DNA from: an uncultured cyanobacterium
Lineage (GTDB): Bacteria > Cyanobacteriota > Cyanobacteriia > Leptolyngbyales > Leptolyngbyaceae
Assembly: GCA_963766075.1 (NCBI GenBank)
Contig: CAVYAN010000100.1
Span: 1-38,336, forward strand
Length of the DNA: 38,336 nt
Direction of reading: 5' to 3'
The notes below the pieces were generated by a model that worked only from the letters and a program-made list of their open reading frames with translations, did no database searches and was not told where the DNA came from. This document shows, piece by piece, positions 1 through 12,151 of the stretch. Position numbers and translations under genes: made by a program. Numbering within the stretch: position 1 is the first letter of the stretch; every line of letters starts with the position of its first letter.

Positions 1-445
1 CCTTTCGAGGTGGTCCTCGATGATTCACACGGAATTTCACGTGCTCCATGCTACTCGGGATTCAACTACTATCCGTCAACTTTCAACTACAGGACTCTCA
101 CCTTCTCTGGTGCACCTCTCAAGTGCTTCGTTTAGTCTCTAGATTCAATATCGTTGTCCCACAACCCCAGAATGCATGCACTCTGGTTTAGGCTTCTTCC
201 GTTTCGCTCGCCGCTACTCAGGAAATCGCGTTTGCTTTCTCTTCCTACAGCTACTAAGATGTTTCAATTCGCTGCGTTCGCTCGTGCCACCCTATGGATT
301 CAGGTGGCCGTATATTGGGTTGCCCCATTCGGAAATCTTCGGATCAATGCTTACTTCCAGCTCCCCGAAGCGTATCGTCGGTAATCACGTCCTTCTTCGC
401 CTCTGTGTGCCTAGGTATCCACCATTAGCCCTTATTAGCTTGACC
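1..445 (-). rRNA. rrl: 23S rRNA, 5' portion (continues off the window)
   Basis: Reverse complement begins GGTCAAGCTAATAAGGGCTAATGGTGGATACCTAGGCACACAGAGGCG, typical cyanobacterial 23S 5' end; lies downstream of the 16S and ITS tRNAs. Confidence 0.97.
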
Positions 446-588
446 ACTAATTTCTATCGGCTTAAAATATTTGGTGTCTGTGTTTTCACGACCTATCACC
501 CAATCACACTCCATCATTCCTATCTCTAGAAACAATCTCATGCCTCAAGTTATAGACCGCTTCTACTACCTGACAAGTTATTATGCAG

Positions 589-700
589 TTTTCAAGGTTC
601 TCACTGGACTAATCCAGCAGTCTCTCTAGCCTCTATTAGTTATTAGTTCAAGTAACTATCGTTGACTTAACTAAACCTTAGTTCACTAGATTAGGTGCTG
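589..700 (-). promoter_or_regulatory. 16S-23S ITS antitermination Box B helix and Box A
   Basis: Box A GAACCTTGAAAA at 600-589; CAGCA...TGCTG-closed Box B stem about 700-616. Confidence 0.75.
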
Positions 701-742
701 AAATATTAGACACTAAAATGTCTTCCCTTTCTTCTTGGGCAG

Positions 743-815
743 TGGAGGTTAGCGGACTCGAACCGCTGACATCCTGCTTGCAAAGCAGGCGCTCTACCAA
801 CTGAGCTAAACCCCC
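743..815 (-). tRNA. trnA: tRNA-Ala(UGC)
   Basis: GGGGGTTTAGCTCAGTTGGTAGAGCGCCTGCTTTGCAAGCAGG...TTCGAGTCCGCTAACCTCCA, 73 nt, in the ITS. Confidence 0.98.
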
Positions 816-826
816 CAGTATAAGAA

Positions 827-903
<77 letters not shown>

Positions 904-1046
904 ATGCCCTTCCCGAACCAATCAAATAGTCTAGAAGTCCACTAAACACCCAGAACGACCTTTGAGATGACCAATCCGTTCATCTATTCGCATTAACGTC
1001 GTTCCCTCTGTTAATACTTTCAATGTTCGGTGGGTAGGTCTCCCTT

Positions 1047-2539
<1,493 letters not shown>

Positions 2540-2835
2540 ATCTCGTTATCTCGAAATTAAACCTTCAACAGCTCAATCCTAAATAACTAAACATCAACCT
2601 TGAGCTCTAGCTCCAGAAAATATCTATTTCCGGTTGTTCGCCACTCTAATTCATCTACTCAAACTTAACCCAGATACCTAAGCATCCATTAAGCTCTTTC
2701 CCTAAATCACGTGGTCTTTAATTTAATTGACCGGGTATTTAGTGCTATTATGACTTCTAAACTATTTCGTTTTCTTGGTTCAGTCGCCGGTGTAAGGCGG
2801 TCCGCTTTCGCTCGCCCTCCCTCACCCGCTTTACT

Positions 2836-2864
2836 AGCTTAACCCACGCCTTAATCCCTGTCAA
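2836..2864 (-). promoter_or_regulatory. rrn promoter (sigma70-type)
   Basis: TTGACA (2864-2859), 17-bp spacer, TAAGCT (2841-2836); Box A-like GAACCAAGAAAA just downstream near 2781-2770. Confidence 0.75.
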
Positions 2865-2958
2865 CTACTTTCTCGCAACAATTCCCCTCATTCATCTGAA
2901 ATATATCAAGAAGACACTCTGAGTAAAGACTAAAGACTCCTACCACAGACGGAAGAAG

Positions 2959-3564
2959 CTATGAGAAGACATAGTTAAAGCTGATGCTAATGCAATCGCC
3001 GCTGCCCAAATTAGGTTCCACACCATGCTTGAGCCAACTAGGAAAAATCAACAAAAGTCCCGCCTCGGCGCTATGTGCGACAGCATCCGCCGTGTAGGCA
3101 GTGAATTGGGATACGTTGGGCTTATAAAAGGTTTTGGCTTCGCGGGGGTCATAGAACATTAGAGCACCACAGTCCGGCGGGGTTTGAACGTAATAGACAC
3201 CGCTGAAAAGACAGTTCGCGTGGTCATGGATTTTGTTGCTGGCGAACTGGGGATTGATGTTTGCCCAGCAGTTGGCGGCAGTGATGGGTATGTTTTGATA
3301 ACCCATGTGGGTGGCGACTGCAGAAATTGCGGCATCTACTAGTGCCTTAAACGGCTGAACTTCTGCTAGATCGAATAAATTGACCTGGCTATGCCAACCT
3401 AGGACGTTAGATTTCGAGGTGGTGTTACCAGGATCCAACGTTTTTAGGCGATAAATCAAATCCAGCAGTTGAGGATTCAGCGCGGTGTGTTCTTTGAGTT
3501 TGAAGACAAACAGCGCCGTAGGGAAGAGGTTGTGAGCGGTCAGGGTCCAAAGATTATCGGTCAT
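2959..3564 (-). CDS. Putative 2OG-Fe(II) oxygenase (TIGR02466-like)
   Basis: LFPT N-terminus, SNVLGWHS, WANIN, HDH-ANCLFSGVYY, LIFPSWLKHGV, ISISFN motifs. Confidence 0.85.
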   Translation of the reverse strand: MTDNLWTLTAHNLFPTALFVFKLKEHTALNPQLLDLIYRLKTLDPGNTTSKSNVLGWHSQVNLFDLAEVQPFKALVDAAISAVATHMGYQNIPITAANCWANINPQFASNKIHDHANCLFSGVYYVQTPPDCGALMFYDPREAKTFYKPNVSQFTAYTADAVAHSAEAGLLLIFPSWLKHGVEPNLGSGDCISISFNYVFS

Positions 3565-3594
3565 TGAGGGTTAATTAATTAGAGGGTTAATTAA

Positions 3595-5325
3595 TTAGGC
3601 AGTAGCAGTTGAACGATGCGCAGCGGCTGTGGCGCTGTGGGACAGTAGTCCATACTCTAAGCCTTCGACCACCGCTTGGTAGGACGCTTCGAGAATGTTG
3701 CCAGAAACGCCAACAGTATTCCAGCGGCGCTGTCCAGCACTAGATTGGACAAGTACGCGAGTTTTTGCCGAGGTGCCAGCGGCTCCGTCGAGAATGCGGA
3801 CTTTGTAGTCCGTAAGCTGGAAGCCGCTAATTTCGGGATAAAAATTGATGAGAGCCTTACGGAGAGCGGCATCTACGGCAGATACAGGACCGTTTCCTTC
3901 GGCTGCGACGAGGATTTCCTGGCCTTTGACCGCCAGTTTGATGGTGGCCAGGGAGTGGGCACAGAGTTGAGCATGGGGACCAGAAATTGTTTCGGAATGA
4001 ACCTGGAAGGCAGTGAGGGTGAAGGGACGCGATCGCTGGCCCAGGATTTCGCGCAGAAGCAATTCAAAACTAGCCTCCGCAACTTCAAACTGGAACCCAT
4101 CCTGCTCCAGCATTTTCAACCGCTGCAGAATTTGCCGACAGACGGGATCGTGCTTGTCTAAATCAATCCCGAAGCTGCGCGCTTTAGCCAAGACGTTACT
4201 GAGACCGGCTTGGTCGGAGATAACGATCCGGCGGGAGTTGCCCACAGTTTCTGGAGGCATGTGTTCGTAGGTGAGGGGGTTGCGCTCTACAGCGCTCACA
4301 TGGATGCCGCCCTTGTGGGCAAAGGCAGACCGTCCCACAAAGGGCGCGTGGTCGTCTGGAGCAAGGTTGACGACTTCGCTAATGAGGTGACTTGTGGATG
4401 TTAATTGGGTTAACTGCTCAGGAGCAATGCATTGAAATCCCAGCTTGGTCTGAAGGTTGGGAATGACGGAACAAAGGTTGGCATTACCGCACCGTTCGCC
4501 GTAGCCGTTGATCGTGCCTTGGACCATTTGCACACCTTGGAGCACAGCGGCGATCGCATTGGCAACGGCAGTTTCGGTATCATTGTGGGTGTGAATGCCC
4601 AGACGAGGGGAAAAATTTCCAATTTCAGACGGCACAGAACCACGCAAATCCAGAGGGTTTAGCGCAGTTCTGCCCTCAGTCAGACTGGAAGGCAGAGAGG
4701 CGGGATCCACAAGGTGGAAGTGATTGATGACGGCATGGACAATTTGGCTGATTTCGTGGGGAAGGGTGCCCCCGTTAGTATCGCAAAGGACCAGCCATTC
4801 AGCTCCAGCGGCAATCGCCACCTCTAAGGTTTCTAGGGCATAGGCAGGATTGTGTTTGTAGCCATCGAACCAGTGTTCAGCATCGTAGAGAACCTGCCGC
4901 CCTTGAGAACGGAGATAGGTGATGGTGTCCTGAATCATGGCGAGGTTTTCGTCCAAGGTCGTTTGCAACCCTTCAATAACATGCAAATCCCAAGATTTAC
5001 CAAATAGGGTCACCCAACGAGTACCAGCGGCCAAAATCGGCTGCAGCATGGGATCATTGGCAGCCATGATTCCCGGTCGCCGGGTGGAGCAGAAAGCAAC
5101 GAGTTCCGCTTGGATCAGAGGTTGCTCTTGAAAATGCCAGAAAAACTGAACGTCTTTAGGATTAGCACCGGGCCAACCCCCTTCAATAAAAGGAATACCA
5201 AGGGCATCCAGTTGACGCGCAATGCGAATCTTATCTTCCAAGGAAAGGGATAAACCCTCCCGCTGGGCACCATCACGCAGGGTAGTGTCGTATATCCAAA
5301 TCGGACGTGAATTGTGTAAATTCAT
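3595..5325 (-). CDS. cimA: Citramalate synthase (LeuA/CimA family)
   Basis: YDTTLRDGAQREG, EGGWPGANPKD, HTHND, GYGERCGNANL, AHKGGIHVSAV, C-terminal regulatory domain with DYKVRIL. Confidence 0.92.
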   Translation of the reverse strand: MNLHNSRPIWIYDTTLRDGAQREGLSLSLEDKIRIARQLDALGIPFIEGGWPGANPKDVQFFWHFQEQPLIQAELVAFCSTRRPGIMAANDPMLQPILAAGTRWVTLFGKSWDLHVIEGLQTTLDENLAMIQDTITYLRSQGRQVLYDAEHWFDGYKHNPAYALETLEVAIAAGAEWLVLCDTNGGTLPHEISQIVHAVINHFHLVDPASLPSSLTEGRTALNPLDLRGSVPSEIGNFSPRLGIHTHNDTETAVANAIAAVLQGVQMVQGTINGYGERCGNANLCSVIPNLQTKLGFQCIAPEQLTQLTSTSHLISEVVNLAPDDHAPFVGRSAFAHKGGIHVSAVERNPLTYEHMPPETVGNSRRIVISDQAGLSNVLAKARSFGIDLDKHDPVCRQILQRLKMLEQDGFQFEVAEASFELLLREILGQRSRPFTLTAFQVHSETISGPHAQLCAHSLATIKLAVKGQEILVAAEGNGPVSAVDAALRKALINFYPEISGFQLTDYKVRILDGAAGTSAKTRVLVQSSAGQRRWNTVGVSGNILEASYQAVVEGLEYGLLSHSATAAAHRSTATA

Positions 5326-5605
5326 AAAAACTGTGAACTCTTAAACGGAACGCAATGACCACACCCACAGTGCCCACAGCTAGCAACGACTCAGAAAGTC
5401 GGGCTCCCCACCCTTGCCTAGGAGTCGCGCCCTTTGTGAGAAAACCCTAAATTCCTCAGCGAGCCTTGGCCTAACTGACCCTGGGTGGGGTCAGAGTCTG
5501 GCCCTAGTTGCTCTAACAGTAGCAAGCCTAATTGCAAAGCAGCGTGGAATAAAACTTGAAATTCCCAAGGTGGGTCCAACGCGCTATCGCCTTGGCTGTG
5601 TCTGA

Positions 5606-5653
5606 TTTGAATTTGTCGGAGTTTGAATTTGTCGGAGTTTGAATTTGTCGGAG
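5606..5653. repeat. Tandem repeat (TTTGAATTTGTCGGAG) x3
   Basis: Three perfect 16-bp copies in the cimA-ferredoxin divergent intergenic region. Confidence 0.95.
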
Positions 5654-5748
5654 TCAAAGGGTAGTCTGATTAGGGGCAGCTCGATTAGCAGACAAATCAC
5701 AGCAATCGCGCCATCCACCATTAGACATCCACCATTGGATTCGAACCT

Positions 5749-6114
5749 ATGCCCTTCGTCAACGCTCAAGGAAAAACGGTGGAATGCCAAGTGGGAGCAA
5801 ATCTGCGGCAAGTGCTCCTTCAGCATGGAATAGATTTGTACAACGGTGCGGCAACAGTGATTAATTGTCACAGTTTAGGCACCTGCGGCACCTGTGCTGT
5901 TGCGATCGAGGGTCACATTTCGCCCCTAACGTGGAAAGAAAAGGCTCGCCTCTCATTACCACCCCACTCCATAGCAAATTCGCGACGAAAAAATCGTCGC
6001 CTCGCCTGCCAGGTGGAGGTATTGGGCGATATCGCTGTGACAAAGTATGGTCAATTTTGGGGGCAAGGGGATGCGATCGCCTGGTCTGCCGACCCTCCTG
6101 ACCAGGAAAATTGA
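5749..6114 (+). CDS. 2Fe-2S ferredoxin
   Basis: CHSLGTCGTC (Cx5Cx2C) and RRLACQ fourth ligand. Confidence 0.9.
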   Translation: MPFVNAQGKTVECQVGANLRQVLLQHGIDLYNGAATVINCHSLGTCGTCAVAIEGHISPLTWKEKARLSLPPHSIANSRRKNRRLACQVEVLGDIAVTKYGQFWGQGDAIAWSADPPDQEN

Positions 6115-6239
6115 TGCCTCTGTCTACATCCATATCATTGCTACGGACAATGCTGCCACAGAATTGCATCGGGAAAAATGTGGCAAGTTCCGAAAAGCGA
6201 CGAATAATAGTGAATGTTGGATGGAATTAGGAAAATGCC

Positions 6240-6578
6240 ATGATTCGATTGATTAGTGCTGGGGTTCTGTTCATTGCTGCACTACTGACTTGGCGGCTAG
6301 GGAGTTCCGCCTTGGGCAACCAACCGTTTGCCAACCAAATCTTCAAAACAGAAACTGCTGCACCAGATAATCCGGCCATAGAGGCACGCAACGTTGGTTT
6401 TGACACAGAAGCACCCACAGGTGGGGCTTCCGGCGCAAATCCTGACCCAGGGGACAAAACCCGCGCCGGGGGGCTCAACACCGGAATTCCGGCCTCCACC
6501 ACAGCCAGTCCGTCACCCTTTCCAGAAGTGGCTCCGTCTCCTGCTGCGCAGTCTACTCCGGTTACCGGTGTATGGTAG
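6240..6578 (+). CDS. Hypothetical membrane-anchored or secreted low-complexity protein
   Basis: N-terminal hydrophobic segment, Pro/Ala/Thr/Gly-rich body, AGGA RBS, ends 6 bp before thiO. Confidence 0.7.
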   Translation: MIRLISAGVLFIAALLTWRLGSSALGNQPFANQIFKTETAAPDNPAIEARNVGFDTEAPTGGASGANPDPGDKTRAGGLNTGIPASTTASPSPFPEVAPSPAAQSTPVTGVW

Positions 6579-6584
6579 CGGAGC

Positions 6585-7640
6585 ATGGCTGATGTTCTGA
6601 TTATGGGTGGGGGCGTGATAGGTTTGGCGATCGCCCTCGAATTGCGCCAAGCCGGACTCTCCGTCACCCTCCACAGCCACGACATTGCCGCTGCCGCTGC
6701 CCAAGCTGCCGCTGGCATGTTAGCGCCCCAAGCCGAACAAATCCCTCCCAGCCCATTGCTCGATTTGTGCCTGCGTAGCCGCGACTTGTATCCCGAATGG
6801 ATTCAGAAACTGGAGCAGAGGAGTGGAGTGGATACAGGCTATTGGGCCTGTGGCATCCTGGCTCCGATTTACAGCCTTAGGGAGCAGCGCAACGAAGCAA
6901 CATGGCTAGATGGCGCAGTCTTGCGCGATCGCCATCCTGGACTCAGCCCTGAAATCCTAGGCGCACACTGGTACCCCAACGACGCCCAAGTGGATAATCG
7001 AGCCTTGGTCAGAGCTTTGCGCATCGCCGCCCAGGACGCAGGCGTCACCATCCACGAAGGCGCGATCGTAGAAAAAATTCTCCATCATGACCACACGGTG
7101 ACCAGCATTCAAACAACGGCAGGCACTTGGACCGCCGATCACTACATTCTGGCGACAGGAGCCTGGACCCGGGATCTACTGCCAATCCCCGTATTTCCCC
7201 GAAAAGGGCAGATGGCTTCGGTGCGCGCGCCCAATCCCAACGCTCTGCCCCTGCAAACTGTATTGTTCGGTCCAGAGATCTATATTGTCCCCCGCCAAAA
7301 TGGCCGAATTATCATTGGTGCCACCAGCGAAGATGTCGGTTTCACCCCCCACAACACCCCCCTTGGCATTCAAACCTTATTTACTCGGGCTACCCGACTA
7401 TTTCCCCCATTGGCACAGTTCCCGATTGAAGAACTTTGGTGGGGCTTTCGTCCCGCCACTCCGGATGAATGTCCAATTTTGGGAGACAGCCCCTATCGAA
7501 ATCTAACCCTCGCCACAGGACATTACCGCAATGGCATTTTGCTAGCCCCAATTACAGCAAAGCTAGTAGCCAATCGTGTGGCACATCAGACTACCGATCC
7601 ATTGCTGGCAGCGTTCCATTGGTCGCGATTTATCCGCTAA
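6585..7640 (+). CDS. thiO: Glycine oxidase
   Basis: GGGVIG FAD motif, AAAGMLAP, KGQM, WWGFRPATPD, ATGHYRNGILLAP; adjacent to thiG. Confidence 0.93.
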   Translation: MADVLIMGGGVIGLAIALELRQAGLSVTLHSHDIAAAAAQAAAGMLAPQAEQIPPSPLLDLCLRSRDLYPEWIQKLEQRSGVDTGYWACGILAPIYSLREQRNEATWLDGAVLRDRHPGLSPEILGAHWYPNDAQVDNRALVRALRIAAQDAGVTIHEGAIVEKILHHDHTVTSIQTTAGTWTADHYILATGAWTRDLLPIPVFPRKGQMASVRAPNPNALPLQTVLFGPEIYIVPRQNGRIIIGATSEDVGFTPHNTPLGIQTLFTRATRLFPPLAQFPIEELWWGFRPATPDECPILGDSPYRNLTLATGHYRNGILLAPITAKLVANRVAHQTTDPLLAAFHWSRFIR

Positions 7641-7781
7641 TCGTGTGAGCACGGTCAAGATCGCGCCAAAATCATGGACTCCCATGGCAGGGACACTTTT
7701 AGCAGTCAATCAGTGGCACTCAGTCAGTGGCACTCATTTAGTAATAGAACTTAGGTAATAGAACTCATCTAGGATGTTTTA

Positions 7782-8606
7782 ATGCAGTCAGATAAATTAA
7801 TTACCCCCCCTTTGGACGATACCCTAACCATTGCCGGACGCACCTTTACATCGCGGTTGATGACCGGCACCGGCAAATATCGAACCTTCGACGACATGCG
7901 CCAGAGTGTCATCGCTAGCGGATGTAATATCGTCACCGTCGCCGTTCGTCGCGTCCAAACGAATGCTCCCGGCCACGAAGGACTGGCCGAAGCCCTAGAC
8001 TGGTCCAAGATTTGGATGCTGCCGAACACTGCGGGCTGTCAAACCGCCGACGAAGCCATCCGTGTGGCCCGTCTAGGGCGAGAAATGGCAAAACTTTTGG
8101 GCCAGGAAGACAATAATTTCGTCAAGCTGGAAGTCATCCCAGATGCCAAGTATCTGCTGCCCGACCCAATTGGCACCCTGGAAGCCGCCGAAAAATTGGT
8201 CAAGGAAGGCTTTGCGGTGCTGCCCTACATCAACGCCGATCCGCTGCTGGCCAAACGCTTAGAAGAAGCAGGCTGTGCAACGGTCATGCCCCTGGGTTCT
8301 CCAATTGGCTCTGGACAAGGCATCAAAAATTCCGCCAATATTCAAATCATTATCGAGAATGCCAAGATTCCAGTGGTGGTGGATGCTGGCATTGGCGCGC
8401 CCAGTGAAGCAGCTCAGGCTATGGAAATGGGTGCAGATGCGTTGTTAATTAATACCGCGATCGCCCAAGCCCAAAACCCCGCCGAGATGGCCCGTGCCAT
8501 GCAGCTTGCCACCCTAGCGGGACGACTTGCTTACCACGCCGGACGCATTCCTGTAAAACCCTATGCCAGTGCCAGTTCTCCTCAGATCGGAATCATAGGC
8601 GGATAA
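7782..8606 (+). CDS. thiG: Thiazole synthase
   Basis: [47 protein letters not shown]. Confidence 0.97.
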   Translation: MQSDKLITPPLDDTLTIAGRTFTSRLMTGTGKYRTFDDMRQSVIASGCNIVTVAVRRVQTNAPGHEGLAEALDWSKIWMLPNTAGCQTADEAIRVARLGREMAKLLGQEDNNFVKLEVIPDAKYLLPDPIGTLEAAEKLVKEGFAVLPYINADPLLAKRLEEAGCATVMPLGSPIGSGQGIKNSANIQIIIENAKIPVVVDAGIGAPSEAAQAMEMGADALLINTAIAQAQNPAEMARAMQLATLAGRLAYHAGRIPVKPYASASSPQIGIIGG

Positions 8607-8717
8607 AGCCGTCAATGCAAAACGTGAATTCAAATTAAGAAATCTATTTTTCTGCAAAAAGAATTGCGTTTTTATTACGAAATTTTGATAGATTAGGCAA
8701 AAAGCTGAGGGGAACTC

Positions 8718-8888
8718 ATGAGCTATAGAGTTGATGAAAGCGGCAAGTTGAATAACTTTGCCGTAGAGCCGAAGATGTATCAAGCAGAACCACCGACCGG
8801 AGCCCAGAAGCGAAACTACATAATCATGGGCGCGGCATCTGCGGCCTTGGTCGCGCTGTTGGTATTTGTCGCCTCTGCCGTTTCCTAG
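8718..8888 (+). CDS. psb34: PSII assembly protein Psb34 (Ssl1498 family), 56 aa, not in ORF track
   Basis: Translation MSYRVDESGKLNNFAVEPKMYQAEPPTGAQKRNYIIMGAASAALVALLVFVASAVS; GxLNNFAxEPKMY motif plus C-terminal TM helix; GAGG RBS. Confidence 0.88.
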   Translation: MSYRVDESGKLNNFAVEPKMYQAEPPTGAQKRNYIIMGAASAALVALLVFVASAVS

Positions 8889-8911
8889 ATTGCTCCATGT
8901 TGGTCATTTTG

Positions 8912-8955
8912 AACCGGGAGGCCTATCACCATGGGTTCCCGGTTTTATATTTTTC
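8912..8955 (+). terminator. Intrinsic terminator after psb34
   Basis: AACCGGGA...TCCCGGTT stem followed by T-rich tail. Confidence 0.65.
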
Positions 8956-9159
8956 ATAGTCTTTTAGTCGCAGCTTCTGGTGTCAAAGCTTCTCGTGTCT
9001 GCTCGCATCGATTTCCGACCGCTGGTGAAAATCGATACCCGCCCTATCTGCATGGGGTTCACCGAAAGTCCGCCTTTAATCCTGAAAGTGCAGGCAATCA
9101 ATTGAAGAGTAGTGCATATACTCTCAATCCCGCTTCCAGAGCACTGCGTTACCGAATCA

Positions 9160-11875
9160 ATGCCATTAATTGACTGCCCACCTATAGCGCCGCCTCCCAT
9201 GTCAGATCGGGTGTTTCCAGCGTTGTCCGAACCCAACCAGGAAGCCTATCTGCGCCTGAAGCTAGCCCTGAACTTAAGCCTGCGTCGTCAAGTTTTTTTG
9301 GCAGTCTGCGACGATCTAGCCCTGCGCAACGATTTGGCCGCACGCTTGCACGCCGATTTAGCCCATGCTATCCCAACACTGGCCGTACTCCCTTCCCTAG
9401 ACGGGACACCGACCACCATTGTCGTCGGGGCGCAGTCTCATGCCAGCACCAATCCACCCTCCTCACTTCCCTTAATCTCCCTCGAATTGGATTTTAACAA
9501 TCCCAATCCGATCGCCCAAGTCACGCAGTGGATCAAGTCCGCCACAAAAAACAACCAACTGCGCAACAGCGATCCACTTCCCAGTTTCCAACTCCTCGGC
9601 ATCGAAGGACTCACACGCCAATCTGCCGGTATCCAAAAACGCTTTCTCGACCACCTGCAACATATCGGCAACCACCGCACGATTCCCGACTCCAGCCTCA
9701 TTCTGTGGCTGACTCGGCCCTGGTTCCGCATGGTGAAATCGTCTGCTCCAGCCTTTTGGCAAGCCCACACCGCCCTCTTCCAATTTGAAGGCGATCCCAC
9801 GCCTGCGCCCGCCGCCCCCGCCACCCATACACGCCTCTCCCAACCGGGACAGCCACCTCAATCAAATCGTCAGAGTCCATATCAAAATAACGCCCCGGCT
9901 CACACCATTGCGCCCATCGTGCCACCGGCCAGCACCAGTCCGGCAGCGCCACCCGCTCAGTCCGGCCCAGCCCGCCGCGCCCTGTGGGAATTGCTCGCAG
10001 ATGATCTAGAACAATTTGATGAACCGATTCAGCCTGCCGCCCTCCAGGAATTTGAGGAACCGCTCCTGCATCTCGACAACGCCCGCGATCGCATCCTAGA
10101 TGTAGCGCCGATTCTCATGTCCGATACCGGATTCGTGCCCCCCATTTACACAACCCCGCCGCTAGAAAGCAGTTACGAAATCGCAGCGGAGCCTCGCAAC
10201 GGCAACGCCCACCGCTCCACAGACAACCCGACAGACCCCGACAACCTGACCACTCCTGACAACACTCAGACCCAACGCGATCGCCCAGCCACAAACGCCA
10301 CACCCTCAATCGCCATCGAGCCTCCCCCTCTCGATCTCGCCGCGACCGAAACCGCCACGACCGAAACCGCCACGGCCGAAATCACCGCGATCGAAATCAC
10401 TCCCGCCGCCGCGCTAGACATCGATATTTCCAGGGCTGTCACTAGCCTACCCCCCAGTCCACTAGCCCACCCCGCCCCCAATCGCGACTGGGTAGAAATG
10501 GTGCGGACCTCGGCCACTGCTCTGGCCCATCCCCTCGCTCCAGAAATCCAGACAGAGATTTTGCAGACCCTGAATAGGATTGAACAGGGTCACCACCAGG
10601 GAGTCAGCCCCGCAGACTTGGCCGCTGCCTACCGTCACATCGGCAACCTTTACCGTGATGCGATCGAACACGGAAACACCAGCGAAGGTAACCTGCTGGT
10701 TACCCTGCACACCTACGCACAAACCCTGGGATGGCTAGAGGAAACTTCCCCCCAATGGGTAGACGTACTGAACGACATGGGCAATCTGTATTGGATGCTG
10801 TCGCGCCAAGTCTCTGGCCCCGAAGTAATCCAGCTTTACCTAGAACAGGGCATCGCCGCCTACACTCTGGCGCTCACCCATATTGATCCACAGACCCAGG
10901 CCCAAAGCTATGCCATGTTACAGAACAACCTGGGATCAGCCTATGGCGACTTAGCCCGTTACCAAAACCCCGCCGCCGCCCTCCAAAAAGCTGTCCAAGC
11001 CTACGCCGAATCCCTGCACTATCGCAATCCGGAGGACGATCCGGCCCGCTACGCCGCCACCCAAAATAATCTGGGCACCGCCTACTGGAACCTCGCCCAG
11101 CATGAACAGCCGATCGCCCGCCTGAAACAGAGCGATCGCCGCCTACGTAGAAGCTCTCAGCTACTACAGCCCCGAACGAGAACCCCTACACTACGCCATG
11201 ATCCAGAACAACCTAGGCACAGCCTACTGGAACTTAGCGCAGCAAATCAGCACCCCCCAAAAATCCACCACGCAGAAATCCACCACGCAGAAAGCCGCCA
11301 CGCAGAAAATAGCCAGCGATTCCATGACCGCCCGCGAACTACTGCTGCATGCTATCAACGCTTACCGCGACGCCCTCACCTATCGCACCCTGGAAAGTGC
11401 ACCCAGTGCCTACGCCGCCACCCAAAACAACCTAGGCACGGCATTTTGGAACCTAGCCACCCTGCCAGATACCGAATCAGAGGTTAAACAGGAAGCCTTA
11501 GCATTGGCAATCACCGCCTATACCAACGCCCTCGCCACCGTCCAGCAACTCGCCCAGCAATCCCAAGATTCCCTGCTCACTTTTGATCGCTACGCCACCC
11601 ACAACAATCTGGGACTCGCCCACTACCACCTCGCGACTGCTAAACACCCTCCCCTCGATGCTCCCACCCGTTCCCATCACCTCGAAACGGCCCTCCAACA
11701 GCATCTGCAAGCCCTTCAAGGCTGGACCCACCAACCCGACTACAGCAAAACCGTCACCAGCTACATTATCCAAACCGTTCGCGCCTTCTACACCCACTTC
11801 GGTATGAAAGGTCAAAGCATTGCCCTTTCCCAAATTCCTGCCGCACTGCTACCCGAATTAATGCCGAAGCTCTAG
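9160..11875 (+). pseudogene. Large TPR-repeat protein split by a +1 frameshift near 11131 (pseudogene or sequencing error; start uncertain)
   Basis: Repeated YAxxQNNLGxAY TPR units in both 9112-11487 and 11198-11875; deleting A11131 gives continuous LKQAIAAYVEALSYYSPEREPLHYAMIQNNLG. Confidence 0.85.
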
Positions 11876-12151
11876 AAGGATGAGAGGTCATAGGATCATG
11901 GCCCCCGCATCAGGGCTACAGGAGACCGCTTGCCACAGGAGACAGCATTTTTCTCCCTACAACAACGTCAGTAGTGCATGTTCGCTATAGCTTATCTAGA
12001 CAGCAGACCGTACTGAAAATAGACTCTTGTCCCCCCCAATGGCCAACTTTCTCTCCAAAGCCTGACAATTAGCACACCAGAGGGTTGAAAGAAGTTCACA
12101 TAATTTGCAATAATTAGTTACATAAAGCAACAGAACCCTCGGAACCTAGCA

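Noticed and set aside
5414..5605. 63-aa ORF upstream of the ferredoxin
   Set aside because: TTG start, no clear RBS and no recognisable family
5606..5653. Repeat array as a possible CRISPR
   Set aside because: Contiguous 16-bp units with no spacers and no cas genes in the window
6115..6584. TPP riboswitch upstream of thiO/thiG
   Set aside because: No TPP aptamer core (CTGAGA...ACCTG) arrangement seen
12085..12125. HLR1/RpaB-like repeats upstream of the ApcI-like gene
   Set aside because: Only one good GTTACATA half-site; spacing does not fit the direct-repeat consensus
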